A DNA stretch of 20,000 bases. Source: Trichoplax sp. H2 (lineage: Eukaryota). A program made the position numbers and the translations under genes. Shown here piece after piece: positions 1 through 10,834 of this stretch. The stretch lies in NCBI GenBank assembly GCA_003344405.1, contig NOWV01000260.1:61747-81746 (forward strand), written 5' to 3'. Within the stretch, counting starts at the first letter, position 1; every line of letters begins with the position of its first letter. The notes beneath the pieces were generated by a model. That model saw only the letters and a program-made list of their open reading frames with translations, did no database searches and had not been told where the DNA came from.

Positions 1-447
1 TTATCGACTTTACCTTATCTCGAAATGGTAATATCAGAAACACTAAGAATGTATCCAGCAGGATTTTTTGTCAATCGATGTGCAAAGGAAGACATCATTA
101 TAAATGGCATAGATATACCCAAAAACTCAATGATAGGACTTCCAATTTATGCTGTACATCATAACCCTCAGTTCTGGCCTGATCCTGAATGTTTCATTCC
201 CGAACGATTTACCCCGGAGGCTAAAGCAAAGCATCATCCGTATAGTTACATTCCCTTCGGTGGTGGACCTCGAAATTGTATTGGAATGCGATTGGCTTTA
301 TTGGAGACAAAATTTGCTTTAGTTAGAATTTTACAAAACGTTAAATTAGTAGCAGTAAAAGAAACTCAGATTCCATTAAAGTTGAAAACTGGAGCTACAT
401 TATCTCCGGCTAACGGTGTATATGTGGGAATCCAAAGGAGACATTAG
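1..447 (+). CDS. Cytochrome P450, clan 3 (CYP3A/CYP5-like), C-terminal part; 5' end lies upstream of the window
   Basis: Frame is open from base 1 (LSTLPYLEMVISETLRMYP). K-helix ExxR (ETLR), PERF, heme-thiolate motif FGGGPRNCIG. TAG stop at 445-447. No introns in the visible part. Confidence 0.95.
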   Translation, partial: LSTLPYLEMVISETLRMYPAGFFVNRCAKEDIIINGIDIPKNSMIGLPIYAVHHNPQFWPDPECFIPERFTPEAKAKHHPYSYIPFGGGPRNCIGMRLALLETKFALVRILQNVKLVAVKETQIPLKLKTGATLSPANGVYVGIQRRH

Positions 448-2787
448 GGAGGAAGACTTTTCGCTATGGCATGTAAGAATATTACAATTCATTTGTATTT
501 AATATTCTTGCTGCTGGTAATAATCTGTTAGAAGACACAAAAGCATATTTAACTACATTAAAATATGTATATGCCACGGTACGAATCACCGTGAAGAGTA
601 AATGACTAAATTTAGTGGTTAACATTTATACATGGAGATAACTAATAATGACTTACTGTATAGTAAAAGTTCTGATACGATAACTAATGTTAATGATTAT
701 ACTATTATGTCTTGTGACGCTTGTGATGACTATCCTGAAGATATTCAATTATAGATAATACTATAAATAATTCTGCGTTAGGACATAGTGCCACCTAATT
801 ATCTAGAATCATTCAGTACATGTCTAAGATTAAGAATAATTTCTGTATTAATTGATCTATCCAATGTGAACCAAATTTCATGAACTGTTAGACTCATATA
901 TGATAGCAGCTGCCGAAGGGTATTTAAGTTCGGCAGTTAATTGCATATAAGCGGAGTTCTATAGTTGTTTAGCGTAGAAGTAAAGGTGTCTAAGTTCTTG
1001 TGTGATAGTTAAGGGATACTGAATCCCGGAGACTATAGTGATTTGAAGAGTTATTTTACTTTATCTTTGTCACGAAACTGGTATATGACAGTATATAGTA
1101 AAGATAATCACATGCGGACACTGATTCTTCAACTACGATGTATTTACGAATCTCTGTGGATAATGATATCAATTGGCTATGACAAATACTAGAACTTATA
1201 AATGGTAGAATGTTGATATTTTATTCAATTTAACTGTGGATGTTTGGCGTGGTATTTAACTAATGACATCACTACTTTGCCATCATAAACCCCATGGTTT
1301 TATCTTGTTATATAAATATGTACATTGAATATACGTGTAAGGATTATAGCAGAATACTGCAATATGATCGTATTGATTCTATCATGGTCTCTAGAGCCAA
1401 TAACAATAAGTTTACTGCTATTTGAGAATTTCAATCAGTAAATATGCTTACCGAGCTAAACTGATCAAACGCCTTGATCCAATTATACGATCGTTACTAT
1501 ACCTATGAGCATCGTATCAGCTTATGAACTTATTGCAGTTTTGGGTACCTCTAGAGTATGTACTTAAATGTTCATATGTATGCAGAATTTAGTTGCAATA
1601 ATAACCCAAAAGCTGTCAAATCTATTGGTTTCCACGCCAACACCACGATACTTGTTGAACACTTGAAATAAAGTAATTTGTTCAAGCAGCGCCGAATATG
1701 GCAATGATGCACTAGACATTCGTGAATTTTACTATCATTAGACCTGGAAGCTACTTAGTACAGAGTTCTTTACTTTACTGAGAACTACAGACTTGTTTAC
1801 AACAGTAGAACAAGATCTTCGATCACTTATTAAATAATATCAACTATGCCAATCCTTTTACTACAGTTACTCTCGTCTTGCTGATTTGCGTCCAACTTTC
1901 ATATGTCAAAACTTATTTCTCTCAACTGTATTGCGCTGCTGTATTGATATTAGGCGGGATCAGAGGAAAAACTAATGCTGTTTTATTTTTACCTCGAATG
2001 GGTGGAAATATCATCCTGTACATGTATTGACGTTGTTTGAACTACAGTATGTCAGTATGCTGCTATATCACTGCGCTATTTTAAATACTCCTCCTTCTGA
2101 CATTACTGTGCAAATAACATAATTATAATTACAATCGAATAGACAAGGCTAATATGTGAAGTTTGCAATTCATACAGCGCAATTTCGATATGGTAATCTT
2201 TAAGTACTGATTATGTTTTCCGTATTTATTTTGCATAATAATTGGCGTGTGCCGTCTGTTGGACCACATCTGATATCCAATCTCTAAATTAAACATCGTC
2301 TAATACAAACAAAGTTATCGGTTACCATTGAACGTCATGAAAAATGGATTAGTCTAACTGCTTATTATTATCACTTCCTACTTTAATCCACGTCAAATTT
2401 TGGCAAACAATCCTAATTTAAAGATTAATATCTTCGATAATAATTATAATCACTATTATTATTATTGATTACAGTTATGCTGTTTTAGTTATTAATACGA
2501 TCACATCACACTTGAACATCTTCAAGTCATCAAGAAAAATCAACGTTGCAATTTACTTTACATTATGCTGTAACAGGAACAGAATATTGTTGATTGATAA
2601 AGCTATTTACAAAGGTCTCTTTACGACGCAGAAAACGACTATCTTTGTACGTAAAGAAGATTTAGAGCTAGAGTTTTGCATTCTATGATCACATTAACAA
2701 GGTTCATTAGGTGCCGAATGGAGGCAGTAATCTGATTATTTTATATAATATTTGCCTAATACTATCCGATACTTCATCATCTGTAAC

Positions 2788-4257
2788 ATGCCGGGTCTGA
2801 CGTTTCTTCAAATTCTAAGTCTTGCTGTAGTATTCTTAGCATACTTAGTGTATAAATTTATAATTTCCCCTTATTTGTACTTGAGAAAGTTAGGTTTAGG
2901 TGTCCCATTCCCTCTTGATTTCCTTGGCAATACTACGGATTTAGGCCCAACAAAACGCCATTATAACCAGTTAAAAAGACTTGAAAAATATGGAAGGATA
3001 CATGGCACACTATTTTTTCATTTTCCAGCCATATGGGTTGGTGAACCAGAAGTATTGCAAACAATTTTGATTAAGGAGTTTTCTAATTTTACCAATCGAT
3101 TTGCTTTCACCAACACACTAAAGCCTTTTGACAAGTCTCTGTTCGATCTGCAAGGTGCAGATTGGAAACGTGTTCGAACTATTGTTCTCCCTACATTTAG
3201 TACTGCAAAACTTAAACTAACATTTGCAATCATCAACGATGCTGGTGATCACTTGTGTGAGCGAATGATGACCGCAGAGCAGGAAGGCCGACCAATTGAA
3301 TTAAGGGATTGCTGTGGAAAATTTGCAATGGAGGTAATTCTAGGAGCTATATTTGGCATAGAATATGAATCTGAAGAACAAGAAAGAAAAGTAACTGAAG
3401 CTGCAGCAGGCATCTTTGCAACTGAATCTGGATTCTTGCAATTTCTGGCAATTATATCACCGACTTTATTTCGAATTTTGGAACCAATGGTCGGTGGAAA
3501 ATTAATTTATTCCATTGATTACTTAATGGCAGTAACTAAAAAAGTAATTGAACATCGAAGAAAAAATCTTAGAGCTGGTGTATCTTGCCGTGGAGATATA
3601 TTACAGTTAATGATTGAAGCGGGGGATCATGACAAGCTTGATAACGAAGAAATTATAGCTCAAGCCTTTGTTTTCCTGGTAGCTGGCTACGAAACAACGG
3701 CTAACACTTTAACATTTTTATCACATATTCTAGCTGTTAATCCCGACGTCCAACAAAAGGTGTATGAGGAGATTAGTTCAAAGTATCATGAAGATATTGG
3801 TATAGAATCTTTGCAAGATTTACCCTATTTAGATATGGTGATTGCAGAAACTATGCGGCTTTACCCAGCTGCTTACGCTGTCGATCGTTTAGCGCGAGAT
3901 GAGATCACCATTAAAGGCTTTCGAATACCTAAAGGTATGATGATTGGCATACCTATTTATTCACTTCATCACGATCCTATGTTATGGCCGGATCCCGAAA
4001 AATTTATACCCGAAAGATTTACACCGGAAGAAAAGGCTAAAAGACATCCATGCAGTTACCTCGCATTTGGTAATGGACCACGTAATTGCATAGGTATGAG
4101 ATTTGCTATACTAGAACTTAAATTGGCAATAGTGAAAGTTGTAAGTCGCCTAGAATTAATTATGGTTAAACAAACTGAAAGACGAATGGAAACGAAAACA
4201 TCTACTGCCTTATTACCTGCAAAACCCGTGTACGTGGGGATAAGACGAAGGCATTAA
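2788..4257 (+). CDS. Cytochrome P450, clan 3, full-length, intronless (489 aa)
   Basis: First ATG at 2788; the ORF track start at 2752 is TTG. N-terminal hydrophobic anchor, WKRVR C-helix, I-helix AGYETT, ETMR, PERF, FGNGPRNCIG. Confidence 0.95.
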   Translation: MPGLTFLQILSLAVVFLAYLVYKFIISPYLYLRKLGLGVPFPLDFLGNTTDLGPTKRHYNQLKRLEKYGRIHGTLFFHFPAIWVGEPEVLQTILIKEFSNFTNRFAFTNTLKPFDKSLFDLQGADWKRVRTIVLPTFSTAKLKLTFAIINDAGDHLCERMMTAEQEGRPIELRDCCGKFAMEVILGAIFGIEYESEEQERKVTEAAAGIFATESGFLQFLAIISPTLFRILEPMVGGKLIYSIDYLMAVTKKVIEHRRKNLRAGVSCRGDILQLMIEAGDHDKLDNEEIIAQAFVFLVAGYETTANTLTFLSHILAVNPDVQQKVYEEISSKYHEDIGIESLQDLPYLDMVIAETMRLYPAAYAVDRLARDEITIKGFRIPKGMMIGIPIYSLHHDPMLWPDPEKFIPERFTPEEKAKRHPCSYLAFGNGPRNCIGMRFAILELKLAIVKVVSRLELIMVKQTERRMETKTSTALLPAKPVYVGIRRRH

Positions 4258-4440
4258 CCATTACTTAATACCGGTATAAAGCAGTAGATCATAGATATCT
4301 TACTATGTCCACGATAATGCGTAAAGGTACTGTGCATGAGAAATGTGAGCATGGTTATCCTTTTTCTGTATGTTCAATAAGATGGGAATTGATGTATATT
4401 AATTTTGAAAATTTGTTTGATTGTGCTTGATATTGCATAA

Positions 4441-4446
4441 AATAAA
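4441..4446 (+). promoter_or_regulatory. Candidate polyadenylation signal of the second CYP
   Basis: AATAAA ~185 nt after the stop codon. Weak evidence in AT-rich DNA. Confidence 0.3.
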
Positions 4447-5877
4447 GGTCAACAGTCGTCTGCTGATAATATTTGTTATAAATGATCGCTTATAACAGAA
4501 GTTTAGGAGTTATGATCTATTCGATACTACAGCATTATTATTCATGCAGCTGTTTTGTTTTCGTAAAATCCTAACATTTCAATCTAGAATATCAATCTAG
4601 GAAATTCTGCGTTAGAAGTGCATATGCCAGTAAATTATAGACCTGTTGGAATGAGAAAGTATTAATCAGCAGAAATATGTAATACAGTAATACGTATTTA
4701 TAATAAGAATTGGTAAAAGTCTAGGATGTCTTTCAACAAATTCGGTATAGTACACTGTTTTCTATGCTTCAAGCCTGTATAAATGTCCTTTGGTGTTTAT
4801 TAGACAGTAGTGCTGCAAACCAATAAGCCTTTTTGATAGTTTTATTTCAATTACAACAAACAATTACTGGAGAAATATTTATTGTAAAATTTATGACATA
4901 AGTACTGCAGGTCATGATATAATACAGCTATTACAGTATATTGAACTGCAGTATGTAAGGCTGAGTAACTTGGATAATTTTTCTAATATATATAAATACA
5001 CTATAAATAAAGAGCTTTTAACGTAGGTGTGCAGTAGTTTTTATGCTCAAGCAGCTAGAATTTCCCTGTGTGATTAAACTGTAAAGCTTTTAGACAGCAT
5101 CAAATTAATTAAGGAAAACTTTGTACGGTTGAAACCAAGCAAGACTGTTGGAGAAAGCGTCTTTATCGGAAATACTAAGCTAACAGAAATGTATAAATTA
5201 AGTTATTGACAATCGTTCTTAATAATTATTTTGTAATGGTTGACGACACACCAAAATAGATCATACGTGGTTTTATTTCCTAGAAGATTTCATCACAATA
5301 AAGTATCAGAGATTTACCGAACACATATGTACAGTATGGTTACCTATGCTTGCAACTTCATATATTCGTTTCTTACAAGTTTGAGAAGCTTCTATAATAG
5401 TAACAAGAAAAAATTAGATTATCATCAAATGTTCATCGTACTGTTAGGCTAGATAGTAATTCAATCTTAATGTAAAAGTAATCTAGGTGAAATGCTTTAA
5501 GTTTGCACGGCAAATCCGACACAAATCAAAATAGCATGGTGAAAACTCTCACTCTACTCATACATCATCAGATATCAAATATACCGTGATACCTTTACTA
5601 AAACTTGTCTTTTAAGCAGTCAAAGTCTTATTATAGTGATAAAACTCCAAGGAAATTAGTTAGAAATTTCACATTCACCATGTTATTAAAATACAAAAGT
5701 ATTTAAAATCTCTGTTGAAATAGTGCACAACTTGATACTACTCCAGCCTTAATATTCATATGAACAGTTGCATTTCTACCAATTACATTTGAGGTACACA
5801 ATCGGTTATTAATATCTGTAAGTACATTGCTAACTCACTCAAAGAATAGAGAATCCAACGATGTATGGAACTTATCA

Positions 5878-7380
5878 TTAGTGTCTTTTTCGAACTGCTA
5901 AATAGATGCCATTAGGTGCAGTGAGATTTGTCCCAGTTTCCATTTCAAGCGGGATTTCAGTTTTTTCAGTTGTAAGTAATTCCATTTTTTGTACAATTTT
6001 CGCTACAGCTAATTTCACTTCTAGTAATGCTAAGCGCATCCCAATGCAATTACGTGGACCGTCTCCAAACGGTATATAGCTGAATGGATGACGTTTAACC
6101 TTTTCTTCCTCTGTAAATCGTTCCGGAATAAATTTATCTGGATCAGGCCATAATGTAGGATTGTGATGTATTGCATAAATTGGTACTGCTAGCATAGCAC
6201 CTTTAGCAAAATGAATACCATTAATTGTCTTATCTTCTTTAATATCACGATTAATAAAAAATCCAGCAGGATAAATTCTCATTGTCTCTAAAACGACCAT
6301 ATTTAAATAAGAGAGCTCAAATAAAGTATCATAATCGATGTCTTGATCTGCTGAGAATGTTGATTCAATTTCTTGGTATAATTTTTGCTGCTTGTCAGGG
6401 TTTGTAGCTAAAAGATAGCAAGCAAATGATAACGTATTGGAAATAGTGTGAAAGCCAGCTGTGAGAAATATGAAAGCTTGACCTACAATTTCATCATCAT
6501 TAAGCTTGTCCTGATCCCCTGCTTCAATGATTTGCTGTAAGAAATCTTTACGACACTCAATACCAGCTTCCATATTTCTTCTTCGTTGTTTGATGATCTT
6601 AGTAGTTACATTGGTAATATATTCAAGGGATGCTAAGCCCTCTCCGAACATAGGTTCAATCATCTTGAATAGTCGAACTGATGTAAAGAGAAGTAAAAAT
6701 AAAGCACTTGGTTGACTGCCAAACACAATATTAGTTGCTCTTGTTAGCTTTTCTTTCTCCGCAAGATTGTCAATTTCGATTCCGAAGGCTGTAGCTAAAA
6801 TAATTTCTATCGTGAATTTGGAACAAGGTTGACAAAATTCTATGGCCCGACCATTACCATCAGCGTTACTAATTAAGCTCTCAACCAAGTGATTTCCCAT
6901 CTCGCAGATGTAAGGATAAATTAATTTCAGTTTTGACGAGCTAAAGGTGGGAAGAACAACGTTTCGTATACGGTGCCAGGACTGATCTTTTAGTTCAGGC
7001 AAACCTTTGTCTAGTGGATTTAATGCTTTAGCAAAGGAATATCGATTAGGAAAGTTTGAAAATTCTTTAACCATAACCATCTTTAAGATGTCAGGATCAC
7101 CTATCCAAATAGTGGGTATTTGAAAAAACTGTGTGCCATAGATGTCACCATATTTTTCGCGTAACTTAATTTGAGCAATGTGTTGTTTTGTAATGCCATA
7201 ATCGAGTAGATTACCGATTAAAGGCTTGAATGGTGGACCCTTTAAATTCATCTTCTTCATTTTTACATAGGGAATAATGAAAAGCTTGTAGCATAAAAGA
7301 AAGCCACTGCTCACTATGCAGACCAAAATAATTTGAACGACTGAAATCGATGACCACGCCATTCCGAGAAGTTCAGCCAT
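5878..7380 (-). CDS. Cytochrome P450, clan 3, full-length, intronless (500 aa), with variant I-helix AGFHTI
   Basis: First ATG at 7380; the ORF track start at 7395 is TTG. TM anchor, proline-rich hinge (GPPFKPLIGNL), WHRIR, ETMR, PERF, FGDGPRNCIG. Convergent with the 2788-4257 gene. Confidence 0.95.
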   Translation of the reverse strand: MAELLGMAWSSISVVQIILVCIVSSGFLLCYKLFIIPYVKMKKMNLKGPPFKPLIGNLLDYGITKQHIAQIKLREKYGDIYGTQFFQIPTIWIGDPDILKMVMVKEFSNFPNRYSFAKALNPLDKGLPELKDQSWHRIRNVVLPTFSSSKLKLIYPYICEMGNHLVESLISNADGNGRAIEFCQPCSKFTIEIILATAFGIEIDNLAEKEKLTRATNIVFGSQPSALFLLLFTSVRLFKMIEPMFGEGLASLEYITNVTTKIIKQRRRNMEAGIECRKDFLQQIIEAGDQDKLNDDEIVGQAFIFLTAGFHTISNTLSFACYLLATNPDKQQKLYQEIESTFSADQDIDYDTLFELSYLNMVVLETMRIYPAGFFINRDIKEDKTINGIHFAKGAMLAVPIYAIHHNPTLWPDPDKFIPERFTEEEKVKRHPFSYIPFGDGPRNCIGMRLALLEVKLAVAKIVQKMELLTTEKTEIPLEMETGTNLTAPNGIYLAVRKRH

Positions 7381-10300
7381 AGTTCTACCATACAAAATGA
7401 GATTGAAAAGAAGATTATAATTTTCGTTCTAACACTAATAATAATAACTAATAAATAATGTTTCATTAACTGTATCAATATTGGACTACGAGTACTAGCG
7501 TAACAGACGATACTACAAATCTCTGATCTCAAGCAACAAGTATAGTGCGTCTGTGAATGGAAGACAACAGACGACTGTTATTAAGGTACGGCAATAGCTA
7601 CGTTGCTATTACATAATTTATAACTTAAGGCAATAGAAGAAGGAACTTGATGATCCAAAATTCTAATCTGGATTGGTAGTATTAGGTCAATAATGATAGG
7701 TACTAAACTAAACGTTAGAAATAAGTGTTACCGTGATAAAATGCATCCGTGGTGCTTCGCTTGCATCAACTATTTAATTAATTAATGATCTACTTACTGC
7801 ACTGTATGTGAATAAACTGTTCTACGGTAGCACACATAATTACCGCAATTAATTACTTCTTCCCTACTTACTGATCTTGTTTACTTTAGTGCTCTCTGGC
7901 TCCTTACTCTGTCTGCTACATCCAGGATACTGCCCTATACTGTAGGAAGTATGGAAGCTATTGAGGCCCACAATTTTTTACCTATATAAGAAAAGTAAAA
8001 TTTATTTACTGAAATAATTAAAATCTGTCTGTCTGTCTTCCTAAACGCGTTCTTTGTAAAATTGCTGGCTGGCCTTGATCGCCATTTTTTTTACTGTCCC
8101 TAGTGGAAGGTTGATAATAGCAACACTTCGTTAAAAGATAAATTAATAGGCTACGTTAAGTTATAACAATTATGAAATGGAGCTTAATGGCAAAAGACCT
8201 CCAATAGGAGTTACTTCATTTTGCCAGATCGATTCGATACATAAGAATGAAATACGCGAACAAGAAAGAGGGCTTTGACTGCCTTAGTCTTGTAAACAAC
8301 TGAAAGTCGCGTTAATTATCATACTGCTACTGTACTTATAGAAACACTTTTAATGTCTAGAAATCTCTTTAAATTCATTGAAAGCTCTTATGTTGCCTCT
8401 TTGGTTCACGCAATATCTTGAATAAATGTATCTTAGGGACCGATCATTACATGACAGGATCGGATCAGGATAGCGAAGGGAAGTTTTTCTCTAATACATA
8501 TGTACCCTCATTCCTCATTTTAACATACATCCATATAATATACTGGAAAAGTATGCATTTAACATGAATTCATCTATAAATTTCTTTATATTTCCCAGGC
8601 CTTTTAGTATTTTTATTATATACCTTCGCTTCGTCTTTAATGGACTAATTTTAAATCATATTGTTTGCCACTATTTATCATTGTTTACTAATAATAATCA
8701 AGTCTAATTGCACTACTATATGATCGTAATGCTAGACAACACCAAAACCACCTGATGATACACACATTCTAATTTTGCTATCTCCATTATAAATTCCTCC
8801 TGCATTTGCTGCAACCAGGTTATACTCCGTAATTGTTATAGAGCATTGACGGCAAATCAATCATTCTATAGAAAGTATAAATCAACCACTATATAACCAA
8901 TATTTCGAAACAGACGGTGTGTTTAAATCAAAAATGTTCACCAGCAATCATGCAGGATGTTTGCCATTACTAGTATAAGCTCTTAATAACTGATGATAAA
9001 CTATTTTGTATCAAATATGATGATGGCCAAGAAACCATGAAGAAAAGATATAAAAGTTATTGTATACTTGACTCTTTTATTGATCAGAGGGGCGCTTACC
9101 AACTACTATTGTCCACCTATACGTAATGCGAACTTTATGCATTCACTAAATTATTCACATATAATAGCAAACAGGATTGTATAACTAGTAATACCCGAGG
9201 GACATTATTGTCTCGACTGCTTTGAATAAATATATTAACGACTTTTAGTTTGACAAGTTTTCTTACAACATCATCGTCGACTTGCAAGTTTACGGTACCT
9301 TTACAATTCTTTCTTCTAGGAGACGTTCTTAATATAACCTCTGAAAAAGATTTTAATAGCAAAATCATAAAAAGTAAGGTAAAAAGATAGCGAATTAATG
9401 ATTTTTCAAAATTATTACTGTTAATTGTAAGTGTATTACATTAAAAAGCTTATAATCGTTATGATCTATCCGATATCTTTCAATATAATTGTAAGCGAAT
9501 GCAATGATTTAATGAAATGAATAACAGTAATGAAGGAAATTGATCATTGCCGTATACGGACGATTTTGAAACTTTACAATGCTAATCACCGTATTCTATC
9601 TAACACATAAAATAAATACTTGCTTATCCGTTGATTCGCAAAACTTTTAAAGTTGTAGATTATAGAATAAATCGTTTATTACTTTGAGTCAAGGCGTAAA
9701 ACTTACCAATTACTCAAATTTCGCCAAATTCGAAATAGTTCAGGTGTTACATTAAAATTGTTTGTTTTTCAAAATACTTTTACCTTTCTTGATAGGTAGC
9801 GATTATATTCGAGGGACTTATAATATAGCAGTTGCCATTACATTAGCAAATTTCATTTATATGTAGTATCAACTTACACGATTGAATGACTAAACAATCA
9901 TAGCCTGAGAACATTTCTATCTGCGGTAGCATCTACGGTATAAATCTTGACATGATTTATTTCATCGTATTTCTTACGTATTTTGAAAATAGTAATAGTT
10001 TATCGTTTAATTAATTCATTATTTTATTTTTGAAAGCCCTCAATGATATAAATCTTATTAAATGCGACTTTCACAATAATTTTTGTTTGTTACTATAGCT
10101 TAATATAGAGAGTTTTATGTTGAAGTCGAGCAGATAATATTGGTCTTATACGATAATTATTAAAAAAGTAGCGAATTTCGCTCATATTTCAAATAGTTAA
10201 TCACAATACTTTGCTTAAGTTACAACGTTCTAAATTGTTTTTACCACTCCAATATTTGATTAATGTTGGTACAGTACTTATCGAAGCGAGCAGTTATCTT

Positions 10301-10615
10301 CCTTCACCGATTTGAATATTTACGACCTAGAAGTCGGTGTTTTAAACCTCATCTTAATTACAAGTATACTTCTTCACCGAGAAGCAAATTTTTACTAACA
10401 GAAACTTTATTTCTTAAGGTAAGCAATCTATATCTAAGACGCAAACGGATAATTAGTAAAGTACCCAATTTCTCTGTTATAAAAATAAGTTAAGTGTTGC
10501 ACACTAGAAATTGCAAGAGATTTCTGTTGTTCTAGTATAAATTTTGTATTTATTTTAATTCTATAGTTGGATTCTCCAACTATACCTGAGATAAGTCACC
10601 GATTGATGCCGCGTG

Positions 10616-10685
10616 ATGGAATTTTCAACTTTGATTAAGTTCATAATGTTATTCAGCAGTACTCTGCCATTAATTAATGTTGCTG
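10616..10685 (+). CDS. Receptor coding exon 1: signal peptide MEFSTLIKFIMLFSSTLPLINVA
   Basis: ATG in GTGATGG context, hydrophobic 23 aa ending V-A. Phase-1 donor CTG|GTACG matches the next exon. Upstream acceptor TTTTAATTCTATAG ends at 10566. Confidence 0.75.
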
Positions 10686-10834
10686 GTACGAGAAAATTAT
10701 TTCACGTTTGACATTTCGGTCTAACAATAACATTGTATTTACAGTATTTAACACTATGGGATGTAAAATTTAGCATTATTCCTTCAACACTGAAATTAAC
10801 GTACCTAAAAATTGTTTATATAATTTTTAATTAG

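Noticed and set aside
2752..2787. ORF-track N-terminal extensions of the CYPs and other TTG-started ORFs
   Set aside because: TTG starts are a prokaryote-style calling artefact. The ATG starts are 2788 and 7380, and the receptor ORFs are internal exons.
3018..7532. Short ORFs 3018-3236, 5240-5452, 6527-6715, 7314-7532
   Set aside because: Antisense shadows of the CYPs or random intergenic ORFs with no motifs.
9376..9786. 10-bp inverted match AAGGTAAAAG / CTTTTACCTT about 400 bp apart
   Set aside because: Short and low-complexity, with no TSD. It is equally explained as a donor-like site plus a polypyrimidine tract.
9135..10493. ORFs 9135-9368 (-) and 10263-10493 (+)
   Set aside because: No domain features. 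The region more likely holds the promoter and 5'-UTR exons of the receptor.
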